Origin: Treponemataceae bacterium
GTDB lineage: Bacteria > Spirochaetota > Spirochaetia > Treponematales > Rectinemataceae
Length of the DNA stretch: 64,000 nt
Assembly (NCBI GenBank): GCA_963678065.2
Contig: CAXXVZ010000005.1
Location: 32,001 to 96,000 of the forward strand
Reading direction: 5' to 3'
The position numbers were made by a program, and so were the translations under genes. Within the stretch, counting starts at the first letter, position 1. Each line of letters starts with the position of its first letter. The notes below the pieces were generated by a model, which had not been told where the DNA came from, made no database searches, and was given only the letters and a program-made list of their open reading frames with translations. Positions 52,739 through 63,106 of the stretch are shown here, in pieces.

Positions 52739-54064
52739 ATGAAAGCCGCAGCCAGTGTCTGGAGGACGCTCGGATTCCGAAAAGGAGATGACAGGGAAGG
52801 ACTACTCCCCGACGAGGCGCCTTCCTTCGGCAAGCTCGTACTCTTCTCCCTGCAGCAGTTCATCGTCATGTTCCCGGCGACCGTCCTCGTCGCCCTGCTC
52901 ACCGGATTCCACGTGAGCACGACCATCTTCGCCTCGGGATTCGCCACACTCTGCTTCGTCTTCGTGACCGGGGGAAAGATCCCCCTCTATTACGGATCAT
53001 CCTTCTCCTACATCGCGGCCATCGTCTCCATCACGGGAGCGAGGGACTTCGGACAGATCGCGCCCGACGCCCTCATAGGTCAGGCCCAGTTCGGCGTCAT
53101 CCTCTCGGGTTTCGTTTCGATCGCGGCCGGAATCATCATCGACCGTTTCGGGAAGAAGGCAATCGAGACCGTCCTGCCCGCCGAGGTCACCGGCTCGGTG
53201 GCCATCGTCATCGGAATCTCCCTCGCGGGGACGGCCATGCAGGGCGCCGCCCAGAACTGGAGCATCGCCCTCATCACCATCCTCGTCACCATCCTCGCGT
53301 CGGTCTTCCTGAAGGGTTTTCTCGGACAGCTTCCCGTCCTCTTCGGCATAGCGGCGGGGTACCTGGCCTCCCTCGCCACGGGAGGGATCGACTTCACTGC
53401 AGTCGCGACAGCCTCCACACTCCAGATTCCCCACTTCACCCTGCCCGTCCTCTCCTGGGCTGCGGTCGGAGCCATCATGCCGATCGCCATCGCGACCATC
53501 CCTGAATCCACCGCACACCTTTTCCAGATCGACCTCTACGTCAACAAGCTGGCCGAGAAGCGGAAGGAGAAGCGCTACGATATCGCGAGCAAGCTCGGCC
53601 GCAATCTCATCGGAGACGGCGTGGGCGACATCGTGAGTTCGCTCTTCGGCGGGCCGGCCGGAACCAACTACGGCGAAAACATCTCCACAATGGCCGTCAC
53701 CCGGGTCTTCTCGGTTCCCGTCATCATATCGACGGCACTGCTGGCCATACTCTTCAGCTTCCTCGGCAAGTTCTCCGCCGCCGTCAGCACCATCCCCGGA
53801 TCGGTCATCGGCGGTCTCTCCGTCTACCTCTTCGGCGTCATCGCCGTCCAGGGCGTCGGCATCATGGTCGAGAAGAAAGTCGACCTCTTCGACAACAGGA
53901 CCCTCGCCGTCATCGCGACTATCCTCGTGATCGGTATCGGCGGATCCTTCGCCTTCCCGGGCGGCATGATTCCGGTCTTCGGAGCCAGACTGCCGGCCAT
54001 CGCGTCGGCGGCGGTCTGGGGCATCGTCCTCAATCTCGTGCTGCGCGCCACGAAGAAACGCTGA
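52739..54064 (+). CDS. uraA: Uracil/xanthine permease (NCS2 family)
   Basis: IPLYYGSSFSY, GGPAGTNYGENI NCS2 signature, GGLSVYLFGVIA; AGGAGG RBS. Confidence 0.85.
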   Translation: MKAAASVWRTLGFRKGDDREGLLPDEAPSFGKLVLFSLQQFIVMFPATVLVALLTGFHVSTTIFASGFATLCFVFVTGGKIPLYYGSSFSYIAAIVSITGARDFGQIAPDALIGQAQFGVILSGFVSIAAGIIIDRFGKKAIETVLPAEVTGSVAIVIGISLAGTAMQGAAQNWSIALITILVTILASVFLKGFLGQLPVLFGIAAGYLASLATGGIDFTAVATASTLQIPHFTLPVLSWAAVGAIMPIAIATIPESTAHLFQIDLYVNKLAEKRKEKRYDIASKLGRNLIGDGVGDIVSSLFGGPAGTNYGENISTMAVTRVFSVPVIISTALLAILFSFLGKFSAAVSTIPGSVIGGLSVYLFGVIAVQGVGIMVEKKVDLFDNRTLAVIATILVIGIGGSFAFPGGMIPVFGARLPAIASAAVWGIVLNLVLRATKKR

Positions 54065-54096
54065 CAAAGCGCGGTCCACAGCGGCATAAAGCCACA

Positions 54097-54128
54097 AAAA
54101 AGCCGACCATTCGAGGCCGGCTTTTTTG
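54097..54128. terminator. Bidirectional terminator between convergent uraA and glnA
   Basis: AAAAAGCCG...CGGCTTTTTT hairpin with A and T tracts. Confidence 0.75.
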
Positions 54129-54195
54129 TACCCACAGGACGCAGGCTTTCCTTCCCGGAGACCGGATTCCGGTCGCCGGGAAGAGAGACAGCCCT

Positions 54196-56328
54196 TTACA
54201 GCGTGAAGAGCAACTCCTCGTAGCTCGGCAGGGGCCAGAGCGTGGTGGGAACGAGCTTCTCGACATCGTCGGCGACGCTGCGGAGTGCATCCATGCGCGG
54301 TATGACGGACTCGCGGTAGGCCTTGGCCTTGGCGAGAGGATCGTCGATCTTCTGGGCATCGTTCAGGACTTTTTCCAGTCTGTCGGTTTCATCCACGAGG
54401 GCGGCGGCAAACACGGCTATTTTCTGGGCGCGGGCTTCCTGCGGCGTCGAGATCGCGCCGACTCCGGCCAGCTCCGCGGCTGCTCTCGCATACTGTTCGG
54501 CGGCCGCGCTGACGGCCGGGAAAATCGCCCGCCTGGAAATGTCGACCATGAGGCCCGCCTCGATGTTGACTTGTTTGGCGTAGCGCTCGAGGTAGATCAC
54601 GCAGCGGCTTTCACTCTCTTCCTTTGTAAGGATGCCAAGCTTCGAGAGAAGACTCACCGTGGACGCAGAGGCGAACTCGGGAATGACCTCGACGGCGGAC
54701 TTGAAACGCGGCAGACCGCGGCGCTCGGCCTCGAGGGCCCACTCGGCCGAATAGCCGTTGCCATTAAAAACCACTCTCCGGTGCGACTTGTATGACTCGG
54801 CGATGATCTTCCTGATCTCGGCTATCATATCGGCACCGGAAGCGGTGGCGCGTTCAAGCCGGTCGGCGAAGCCGGTAAGGACTTCGGCCACAGCGGCATT
54901 GAGCATCGTTGTCGGGGTCGCGGCCGACTGGGAGGACGCAACCATGCGGAACTCGAACTTGTTGCCCGTAAAGGCGAATGGACTCGTCCGGTTCCTGTCG
55001 GAGAAATCCTTGGGCAGTTTGGGAAGGGATGCCGTTCCGAGCTCCACCACGCTGCCCTCGGAAGAGATGGCCGGCCTGTTCTCGGCCACGGCGTCCAGAA
55101 GCTCGGTCAGCGGATCGCCCAGGAATATGGAGATGACGGAGGGAGGCGCCTCGTGGCCCCCGAGACGGTGGTCGTTGCCGGCGGTGGCGGCGGACGCCCT
55201 GAGCAGGGCCGCATATCTGTCGACGGCCTCGATGATGGCGGTGACGAAGAGGAGGAAACGCGCGTCGGAGGCGGCGTCGGTTCCGGGCTCGAGGAGGTTG
55301 ATGCCGTCGTCGGTGGCGATGGACCAGTTGATGTGCTTGCCCGAGCCGTTCACGCCTGCGAAAGGCTTCTCGTGCAGGAGGCAGGCCATGCCGTGGCGTC
55401 CGGCGACCTTGCGCATGGTCTCCATGATGAGCTGGTTGGCGTCCGCGGCGACGTTGGCCGAGGCGTAGATGCTCGCGAGCTCGAACTGGTTCGGGGCGAC
55501 TTCGTTGTGCTGGGTCTTGGCGGAGACCCCCATCGCCCAGAGTTCGGTGTTGAGCTCATTCATGAAGGAGGTGACCTTCTCCTCTATCGCGCCGTAGTAG
55601 TGGTCCTCCATCTCCTGCCCCTTGGCGGGCATGGAGCCGAAGACTGAACGGCCGGCGAGCATGAGGTCGGGGCGCTTCTTGTAGAGGGCCTCGTTGACGA
55701 GGAAGTACTCCTGCTCCGGGCCGACCGAGGGTACGGCGCGCTGTGAAGCCGTGTTGCCGAGGGCGCGCAGGACGCGCATGCTGGCCTTGTTGATCGCTTC
55801 CATCGACTTGAGGAGGGGAACTTTCTTGTCGAGGGCATGGCCATAGTAGGAGACAAAGGCCGTCGGGATACAGAGGGTGATCCTGTCAGGAGCTGTCTTG
55901 AGGAAGGCCGGACTCGTGACATCCCAGGCAGTGTAGCCGCGGGCTTCGAACGTGGCGCGCAGACCGCCCGAGGCGAAGCTCGACGCGTCCGGTTCGCCCT
56001 TCACGAGTTCCTTCCCTGAGAATTCCATGAGCGCGCGGCCGTCCCCGATAGGGGAGATGAAGGCCTCGTGCTTCTCTGCGCTGAGACCGGAGAGGGGGTG
56101 GAACCAGTGGGTGTAGTGGGTCGCGCCCTTCTCGATGGCCCACTCGCTCATGGCACTGGCGACGACCTCGGCGATGGAGAGAGTGAGTTCGCCCTTTCCT
56201 GCCTGGATGCTCACGAGTTCGTTGTACACACTCTTGGGGAGGCGCTCGCGCATCACCGAGTTGGAAAAGCAGTTGGTGCCGTAGAGTTTCTTGAGGCTGA
56301 TTTCACTTCCGTCGATAGGATTCCGCAT
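54196..56328 (-). CDS. glnA: Glutamine synthetase type III
   Basis: HYTHWFHPL, GEPDASSF, TFEARGYTAWD, GPEQEYF, HNEVAPNQFE, HEKPFAGVNGSGKH, DRNRTSPFAFTGNKFEFR. Confidence 0.95.
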   Translation of the reverse strand: MRNPIDGSEISLKKLYGTNCFSNSVMRERLPKSVYNELVSIQAGKGELTLSIAEVVASAMSEWAIEKGATHYTHWFHPLSGLSAEKHEAFISPIGDGRALMEFSGKELVKGEPDASSFASGGLRATFEARGYTAWDVTSPAFLKTAPDRITLCIPTAFVSYYGHALDKKVPLLKSMEAINKASMRVLRALGNTASQRAVPSVGPEQEYFLVNEALYKKRPDLMLAGRSVFGSMPAKGQEMEDHYYGAIEEKVTSFMNELNTELWAMGVSAKTQHNEVAPNQFELASIYASANVAADANQLIMETMRKVAGRHGMACLLHEKPFAGVNGSGKHINWSIATDDGINLLEPGTDAASDARFLLFVTAIIEAVDRYAALLRASAATAGNDHRLGGHEAPPSVISIFLGDPLTELLDAVAENRPAISSEGSVVELGTASLPKLPKDFSDRNRTSPFAFTGNKFEFRMVASSQSAATPTTMLNAAVAEVLTGFADRLERATASGADMIAEIRKIIAESYKSHRRVVFNGNGYSAEWALEAERRGLPRFKSAVEVIPEFASASTVSLLSKLGILTKEESESRCVIYLERYAKQVNIEAGLMVDISRRAIFPAVSAAAEQYARAAAELAGVGAISTPQEARAQKIAVFAAALVDETDRLEKVLNDAQKIDDPLAKAKAYRESVIPRMDALRSVADDVEKLVPTTLWPLPSYEELLFTL

Positions 56329-56364
56329 CGATTGCTCCTTGAGAAAATCTGACGCAATTCAGAA

Positions 56365-56380
56365 TGCAATGTTCGTGCCA
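56365..56380 (-). promoter_or_regulatory. Sigma54 (-24/-12) promoter of glnA
   Basis: Minus strand TGGCAC-GAACA-TTGCA, an exact consensus match 36 nt upstream of the start. Confidence 0.85.
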
Positions 56381-56529
56381 AGGAGCGAAATAATTCACGC
56401 ATTTATGCAATGTCTTGCTTATTTCGTTATCATGAAATTGTTTAAAAACTTCACACCGAGATTTCAGAATCCTCCGGTGCCGGAATACCGCCTAGAAAAA
56501 GTCACATCGATGTAGGAATAAGGAATTTC

Positions 56530-58065
56530 CTACTGCTTTGTACGAAACCTCCGCCAGTCGATGCCGAAGCGCCTGAGGGAGAGCCCAATCCTGCGCTCCG
56601 TCACGGCGAGCCTGCGGGCGGCCGCAGCTGCGTTTCCCCTCTCCATTTTGAGGGCTTCGAGAACAAGTTCTTTTTCGAGCCGGGCGAGGGCCCCGTCGAG
56701 CGTGGTGGAAGGCCCCGTGCCGGTGGACTCCGCGGACTGCAGGCTCGGGGGCAGGTTGTACGCGTGGATGACGCCGTCGGCGCTCATGATGACGGCCCTC
56801 TCGATGCAGTTTTCCAGCTCCCTGACATTGCCGGGCCAGTGGTAAATCATGAGAAGGTCGAGGGCCGGGCTGGAGATGCGGAGGATAGGTTTGCCGGCCT
56901 TCTTGCCCAGTCTGTCCGCGAAGTGGTCGGCGAGCAGGAGGATGTCGGAACCTCGCTCGCGCAGAGGCGGCATATGGATGGGAAACACGTTGAGCCGGAA
57001 GTAGAGATCCTCGCGGAAACGCCCTTCGGCGACTTCTTTCTCCAGGTTCCGGTTTGTCGCGACGACGATCCTGACCTCGGCGTTGATGGTCTGGCTTCCT
57101 CCGACCCTCTCAAAGCTACGTTCCTGTAGGATTCTGAGCAATTTAGCCTGAACCGAGAGAGAGAGCTCCCCGATCTCGTCTAAGAAAAGCGTGCCACCCG
57201 AGGCCAGCTCGAATCTACCCTTCCTCTGGACATGTGCTCCTGTGAATGAGCCTTTCTCGTGGCCGAACAACTCGCTCTCCACCACGGATTCGGGCAGGGC
57301 GGCGCAGCTGACGGCGACGAAAGGACCGGCCGAGCGCCTGCTCTTCTCGTGGATCGCGCGGGCGATGAGTTCCTTGCCTGTCCCGCTCTCCCCTGTGATG
57401 AGGACGGTGCTCTCGGTCGGCGCGACCCGTTCGACCAATGAGAAGGCTTCCATCATGGGAGCCGAGCGGCCGATGATGCCAGCAAAGCCCGAATCCTCGC
57501 ATGAGAGCACCTTGTGGCTCGCCGTGCGGTCTTCGGAAATGCCCGAGCCGACGGAGGCTCCGAGACGCATTCTGAGGGCTATCGCTTCTTCGATGAGGAT
57601 GGCCGACCACTCGGCGAGGGAGACGAAGGCATCGGAAAAACCATCGACGCCCGCCGCGTCGCCGATCCCGGCGCCGGCCGGGGCCTGCAGACAGATGACA
57701 CCCGCCACGGAGTCCGCGTGCCGCACGGGGATCTCGAGCCAGCGCGAACCGTCCGCGGATCGACTCCGGACTGTCGTGGCGGCCTGAAGGGCCGATCCGC
57801 CCGGCCAGATGCCCATGCGCAGGGGAACATCGAGGAGACCGGAATCGGATGGCTCCGTCACAGCGATGATCCTGGGCCCGGGCACATCGCGCGCGGCAAG
57901 CGCGGCGATTCCCCGCCTCATGCCCGTGGACTGGACGAGAAGGGCAAGAAACGGCTCCATGGCGTCGTCGAGTTCGGGATGGCGACCGAGAAGCCTGGAC
58001 AACTCGAAGAGGATAGAGAGGGTCTCGGCCGGAGGCGCAATGCGCAGTGATCCATGGGCGGTCAT
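56530..58065 (-). CDS. Sigma54-dependent enhancer-binding protein (GAF-AAA+-Fis, NifA-like)
   Basis: [50 protein letters not shown]-terminal HTH. Confidence 0.92.
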   Translation of the reverse strand: MTAHGSLRIAPPAETLSILFELSRLLGRHPELDDAMEPFLALLVQSTGMRRGIAALAARDVPGPRIIAVTEPSDSGLLDVPLRMGIWPGGSALQAATTVRSRSADGSRWLEIPVRHADSVAGVICLQAPAGAGIGDAAGVDGFSDAFVSLAEWSAILIEEAIALRMRLGASVGSGISEDRTASHKVLSCEDSGFAGIIGRSAPMMEAFSLVERVAPTESTVLITGESGTGKELIARAIHEKSRRSAGPFVAVSCAALPESVVESELFGHEKGSFTGAHVQRKGRFELASGGTLFLDEIGELSLSVQAKLLRILQERSFERVGGSQTINAEVRIVVATNRNLEKEVAEGRFREDLYFRLNVFPIHMPPLRERGSDILLLADHFADRLGKKAGKPILRISSPALDLLMIYHWPGNVRELENCIERAVIMSADGVIHAYNLPPSLQSAESTGTGPSTTLDGALARLEKELVLEALKMERGNAAAAARRLAVTERRIGLSLRRFGIDWRRFRTKQ

Positions 58066-59423
58066 GGTATCAGCAGCACCTGAATGTCGCAGACATTCGT
58101 GTTTGTCGGGCCGGTCCTGAGAAGACCGCCGATCCTGTCGAAGAAATGCCAGGAATCGTTGCCCGCGAGGTAGTCGGCGGCCTTGATTCCGGCCGCCTTT
58201 GCGCGGGCGGAGAGTTCCATGGAGGCGAAGGCGCCCGCCGCGTCGGTCGGTCCGTCGTTGCCGTCCGTGGACGCGGCGAGGAAGACAAGGTCCTCCGCGT
58301 CCTTGGGGAATCGCTCCATCGCGTCGAGAAAGGCGAGAGCCATCTCCTGGTTGCGCCCCCCCAAACCCGGGCCACGCAGGGTGACCGTCGTCTCGCCGCC
58401 AGCGAGGAAGCAGGCGGGCCTCGTGAGGGGAAAACCCGAAGCCGCCACGTCCTTTCCCACCGCGAGGTACATGAGGGCGACCTCGCGCGCCTCGCCGGAG
58501 AGGCGCGCGGTCAGGGCCAGGGTCGAATACCCCAGGGCCTCGGCGCGGGCCCGGGCGGCCATGAGGGCGAGCCTGTTGGAGCCGAGAAGGACGGTCTTTG
58601 ATCGCGCGAATGCAGGATCGCCGGGCTTGGGCGTGTCGGGAATTTCTCCAGCGGCGCCGCGGAGAAGACGGTCCGCCACAGATGCAGGCAGAGAGTCCAT
58701 GATACCGTAGCGCCTCACGATGCCGAGGGCGTCCTCGAAGGTTGTCGGATCGGGGACAGTGGGGCCCGAGGCGATGGCGTCGAGGTCGTCTCCGGAGACG
58801 TCGGAAAGAATGAGGGAGAGGACGGTGGCGGGCGCGTAGGCGGCGGCGAGCCGCCCTCCTTTGACGGCGGAAAGGTGCTTGCGGACACAGTTCACCTCGT
58901 GGATCGCCGCGCCTGAAGCGAGCAGAAGTTTCGTCGTGGCGGCCTTGTCCGCGAGGGAAAGCCCCTGTGCAGGTGCACAGAGGATGGCCGAGCCTCCTCC
59001 GGAGATAAGAACGATGACGAGGGTGCGCGCGTCCGGCTCTCCGCAGACTCCGAGGACCGCCCGCGCCGCCTCGACTGAAGATGAGTCGGGTACGGGGTGG
59101 GAGGCCTCGATGAGAGAAACGCGGGAGAGAGACTCGACGTGGCCTCTCTTCACAGCCACGAGGCCGCCTGTGATGCGTTCGCCGAGTGCGCGCTCGAGCC
59201 CGAGCGCCATCCGGGCGGATGCCTTGCCCATGCCGGTCACGACAAGCCGGTCAAAGCCGGATAAGTCGATACGCTCTTCCTGGATCTCGGTCCTGACGAT
59301 CAGTGTGGGGGCAGGCTCCGTCACGACAGAGACGGTGGACGCGAGCATGGACGCAGGATCGACCCGCGAAAGGCCGGCCCTGAAAATGGATTCTGCGTCT
59401 GCGTAAGCCTTGTCAACATTCAT
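58062..59423 (-). CDS. Glycerate kinase type 2 (DUF4147/MOFRL)
   Basis: [63 protein letters not shown]. Confidence 0.92.
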   Translation of the reverse strand: MNVDKAYADAESIFRAGLSRVDPASMLASTVSVVTEPAPTLIVRTEIQEERIDLSGFDRLVVTGMGKASARMALGLERALGERITGGLVAVKRGHVESLSRVSLIEASHPVPDSSSVEAARAVLGVCGEPDARTLVIVLISGGGSAILCAPAQGLSLADKAATTKLLLASGAAIHEVNCVRKHLSAVKGGRLAAAYAPATVLSLILSDVSGDDLDAIASGPTVPDPTTFEDALGIVRRYGIMDSLPASVADRLLRGAAGEIPDTPKPGDPAFARSKTVLLGSNRLALMAARARAEALGYSTLALTARLSGEAREVALMYLAVGKDVAASGFPLTRPACFLAGGETTVTLRGPGLGGRNQEMALAFLDAMERFPKDAEDLVFLAASTDGNDGPTDAAGAFASMELSARAKAAGIKAADYLAGNDSWHFFDRIGGLLRTGPTNTNVCDIQVLLIP

Positions 59424-59544
59424 GCCCATGCAATCCCGCCTGAAAGAAGGTCTTATGGCCAAGACTATGCGCGGCCGCCGATCATGGCAAGTGGCCGCGC
59501 GGTATCCTTGCACAAAAATCAGGGACTGTGCTACAGTCCGGAAA

Positions 59545-59730
59545 CCGATGGAGGAGCGATTCCCATCAGTACCCACGGGGAGGGATTCAGGATCCCGGAG
59601 AAGCGTGGGGAAAGGGGAGAATCGCCGAAGGGCCCGGGCATTCCTGCCCCCGAGCCTTGGACGTCCGGGTCAATACCCGGCGGCTGTCGCGGAACATCCT
59701 TGCGAAGGAGTCCGCGGAGCGCCTGAGGCT
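59545..59730 (+). ncRNA. Lysine riboswitch
   Basis: GAGGAGCG..AGTA..GAAAGG..CGCCGAAG..AATA..CTGTC..GGAGCGC motif order, directly upstream of lysC-dap operon. Confidence 0.85.
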
Positions 59731-59989
59731 AGGTCTCTTCGCCCCCGCCCTTCTCTCCCGGAGGGTGTCGGAAGCTACCTATCCACGGCCTCTTTCGGAT
59801 TGGAGGCATACCGTGTGTAGCTTTCGATCCGTGGGGACCGGTAGAATCTCGCCAGAGTTCTACCCGACTACCACAAGTTATCCCGCAACTGTCCCACCCC
59901 CTTCCCGCCCCGCTTTTCCCGCGTCCGGCATGCCCACCCACAGCCTCGATTCCTCCACATCATCCAGACAGAAAGGAAAGGAGTGAGCC

Positions 59990-61336
59990 ATGTCCCCCCT
60001 CGTCATGAAATTCGGCGGCACCTCGGTAGGCGACGCCTCGCGCATCGAACAGGTCGGAACGATAGTGCGCGCCAACACCAATGGCGGCGTCCTCGTCGTC
60101 GTCTCTGCGATGGGAGGCGTGACCAACATGCTGTTCGACGCGGCCAGAACAGCTCTCGCAGGCGAGATAACTCGCTCCCTCGAGATGCGCGACGCCATCC
60201 GGGAACGTCATTACGCGGCCGCCCGTACGCTCGGCACAGGACTCACTGACAGTCTGGCCGCGACCATCACGGCCATCACCGACGAACTCGGCACCTATCT
60301 CCAGGGTATCGGCCTTCTGCGCGAGCTTTCGGAGCGCAGCATGGACACTGTCGCGTCAATCGGAGAGCGGCTTTCGGGCATCCTCGTCGCGCACGGCCTC
60401 GGCGTCCCCTGCGTCGACGCCCGTCTCGTCATGCGCACGGATTCCCGCTTCGGGCAGGCGAGGCCGCAGCCGGAGACCATCCGCGAACTCGCCACGCGCC
60501 ACTTCGCACCCCTCCTCGGCGCGGGGAAAATCCTCGTAACCCAAGGCTACATCGGATCGGATGGCTCCGGCACAACGACGACCCTCGGACGCGGCGGATC
60601 CGACTACTCCGCCAGCCTCTTCGGGGCGGCGCTGGACGCGGCCGAAATCCAGATTTGGACCGACGTCGAGGGAGTCCTCACCTGCGACCCGCGCGTCGTG
60701 CCGCAGGCCCATCCTGTCGAGATACTCGGCTATGAGGAGGCGGCGGAACTCGCGGCATACGGCGCCAAGGTTCTCCATCCGGCCACCATCAAACCCGCTG
60801 TGGAGGCAGGCATCCCGGTCACTGTGCGCAACACGATGCTTCCCGAAGGCCGCTACACGACGATCAGGGCTGGTGCCTCGAGCGGGCTGCCCGTCACGGC
60901 CCTCGCCGTCCGAAAAGGCATCGCCATCATCAATCTCCGCCAGGAGACCATGATGGACCAGTCAGGCTTCCTGACCCAGCTCTTTGATGTGTTCGGCTCG
61001 CGCGGCACGAGCGTCGACCTCGTTTCCACCTCGGAGGTCTGTGTCTCCGTCACAGTCGACATGGGCGCGCCCCTTGACCTCCTCGAGAAAGATCTGTCGG
61101 CTCTCGGCTCGGTGGAGATCGCGAGGGACAGGGCCGTCGTCGCCCTTGTCGGGGAGCGCCTGCGCCAGACTCCGGCCGTCCTCGCGACCGCTTTCACGGC
61201 CCTGGGCGACATCGGCGTCGAGATGATTTCCATGGGCGCCAACGAGATCAACCTGAGCCTCGTCATGAAGTCGGACAATTCGGGAGAGGCGCTCCGCAGG
61301 CTCCACGCGGCCTTCTTCGAGGGAGGGAAGGAATGA
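59990..61336 (+). CDS. lysC: Aspartate kinase (lysine-sensitive type)
   Basis: VMKFGGTSV, VVSAMGGVT, TTLGRGGSDYSA, WTDVEG, GAKVLHP, ACT domains. Confidence 0.95.
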   Translation: MSPLVMKFGGTSVGDASRIEQVGTIVRANTNGGVLVVVSAMGGVTNMLFDAARTALAGEITRSLEMRDAIRERHYAAARTLGTGLTDSLAATITAITDELGTYLQGIGLLRELSERSMDTVASIGERLSGILVAHGLGVPCVDARLVMRTDSRFGQARPQPETIRELATRHFAPLLGAGKILVTQGYIGSDGSGTTTTLGRGGSDYSASLFGAALDAAEIQIWTDVEGVLTCDPRVVPQAHPVEILGYEEAAELAAYGAKVLHPATIKPAVEAGIPVTVRNTMLPEGRYTTIRAGASSGLPVTALAVRKGIAIINLRQETMMDQSGFLTQLFDVFGSRGTSVDLVSTSEVCVSVTVDMGAPLDLLEKDLSALGSVEIARDRAVVALVGERLRQTPAVLATAFTALGDIGVEMISMGANEINLSLVMKSDNSGEALRRLHAAFFEGGKE

Positions 61337-62184
61337 AAATAGGCATATTCGGACGCGGCAAGCTCGGAAGAGCCGTCGCGTCGCAGATAGAATCTGCGGC
61401 GGAGATCGAGGCCGTGGCGGCAGCCGCGAAGGCCCGCCTTTCTGCGGTATCGGCTGCATCGCATGCCCCGGCCGGAATTACGACCGAAACGGAGACGGCC
61501 GACATCCCCGTCCTCGAGTGGATCATCGACCAGGGCGAGGAACCGGGAGGGCCAGTCGATGTCGCCCTGGACGCGAGCGCGGCGGGGGCCGTCAGGTCGC
61601 ACCTCGAGTGGGCCCTCGCGACGGGCACGAACCTCGTCATCGGGACGACGGGCTGGAAGATCGACGGGCTCGCAGGGCTCGTCGGGGACAGGATCGGCCT
61701 CCTCGTCTCCCCCAACTTCAGCCTGGGCGTCGCCCTGACCAAACGGCTGGCGCGGGCCCTCGGCGAATACGCGGCGATCACCCCCGACGCCGATCTCGCC
61801 GTGATCGAGAAACACCACAGCCGCAAGGCCGACGCGCCGAGCGGCACGGCGAAGGCCCTCATCTCGGCTCTGCAGGAGGGATGCCCCCGCATGGACGGCT
61901 ACCTCCTCGGCCAGGCTGCGCCCGGCAAAATCTCCGTCGGTGTCGTGCGCGCCGGCTATGAGGTCGGCTACCACGAAGTCCTCCTCGACTCGGAGTACGA
62001 GACCATCTCGATAATCCACCAGGCTCGCGGACGCGAAGTATTCGCGCGCGGCGCCCTCAGGGCTCTCCTGTGGATGAAGGGCCGGAAAGGATTCTACGAC
62101 ATCGACGACCTCGCGGCCGATCTCCTCGGTCCCGGACCGGCGGACGGCAACCTGCACTCGCGACGACATGAAAAGGGAGACTGA
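61333..62184 (+). CDS. dapB: 4-hydroxy-tetrahydrodipicolinate reductase
   Basis: GRGKLG, VIGTTGW, PNFSLG, IEKHHSRKADAPSGTA, FARGAL. Confidence 0.9.
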   Translation: MKIGIFGRGKLGRAVASQIESAAEIEAVAAAAKARLSAVSAASHAPAGITTETETADIPVLEWIIDQGEEPGGPVDVALDASAAGAVRSHLEWALATGTNLVIGTTGWKIDGLAGLVGDRIGLLVSPNFSLGVALTKRLARALGEYAAITPDADLAVIEKHHSRKADAPSGTAKALISALQEGCPRMDGYLLGQAAPGKISVGVVRAGYEVGYHEVLLDSEYETISIIHQARGREVFARGALRALLWMKGRKGFYDIDDLAADLLGPGPADGNLHSRRHEKGD

Positions 62185-62185
62185 C

Positions 62186-63106
62186 ATGGCAAGCGCATCG
62201 TTCATCCAGGGATTGGGAATCGCGATCGCGACCCCCTTCACCGCCTCGGGCGAAGTCGACTACCGGGCCTTCCGGAGCCTCGTCGACCACACGACGGGAG
62301 CGGTCGATTTTTCAGGCGAGTCCGGCGGGGTCGATTTCCTCGTCGTCCTCGGATCCACGGGCGAGGCGGCGACCATCCTCGACGCCGAACGCAGGAAGCT
62401 CATCGAGACAGCCCGTGAAGCTGCAGGGACAGTGCCGATCATCGTCGGGACGGGGACAAACGCGACTGCCCGCACTGTCGAACTTACGAAAGAAGCCGTA
62501 GCGGAGGGGGCGGGCGGCGTCCTCGTCGTGACGCCATTCTACAACAAGCCGACAGCAGAGGGGCTCGTGGCGCATTTTTCGGCGGCGGCCGAAGCCGCGG
62601 GAGGCGCCCCCGTCGTCGCCTACAACGTGCCCGGGAGAACCGGGCTCAACATGACGCCCGCCATCATGAATCGCCTCTGGAAGATCCCCGGGGTCGATGC
62701 CCTGAAAGAATCCTCGGGCAACCTGGCCCAGATCGGCGAGATCCTCCGGACCATGCCGGAAGGGAAGGTCCTTCTTTCAGGCGACGACGCTCTCGCCCTC
62801 CCGGCCATCGCCCTCGGCGCGGAAGGCCTCATCAGCGTTGTCGGCAATATCCTGCCGAAGAGGATGAAGGCCATGGTCGACGCGGCTCGCGCCGGCCGCA
62901 GGGCGGAGGCGGCCGCGCTGCACGCGGCACTGCTCCCCTACATGGACGCCCTTTTCCTGGAATCCAACCCCATCCCGCTCAAGACAGCCCTCGAGATAGC
63001 CGGCATCTGCGGCGGGGAACTCAGATTGCCACTCACCCGCCCCTGTGCCGCGACACGCGCGCGGCTCGAGGAACTCTTCGCTCCCCTCTTCCGGAGGCAA
63101 ACATGA
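62186..63106 (+). CDS. dapA: 4-hydroxy-tetrahydrodipicolinate synthase
   Basis: ATPF, GSTGE, PFYNKP, YNVPGRTG, KESSG, SGDD, ESNPIP. Confidence 0.95.
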   Translation: MASASFIQGLGIAIATPFTASGEVDYRAFRSLVDHTTGAVDFSGESGGVDFLVVLGSTGEAATILDAERRKLIETAREAAGTVPIIVGTGTNATARTVELTKEAVAEGAGGVLVVTPFYNKPTAEGLVAHFSAAAEAAGGAPVVAYNVPGRTGLNMTPAIMNRLWKIPGVDALKESSGNLAQIGEILRTMPEGKVLLSGDDALALPAIALGAEGLISVVGNILPKRMKAMVDAARAGRRAEAAALHAALLPYMDALFLESNPIPLKTALEIAGICGGELRLPLTRPCAATRARLEELFAPLFRRQT

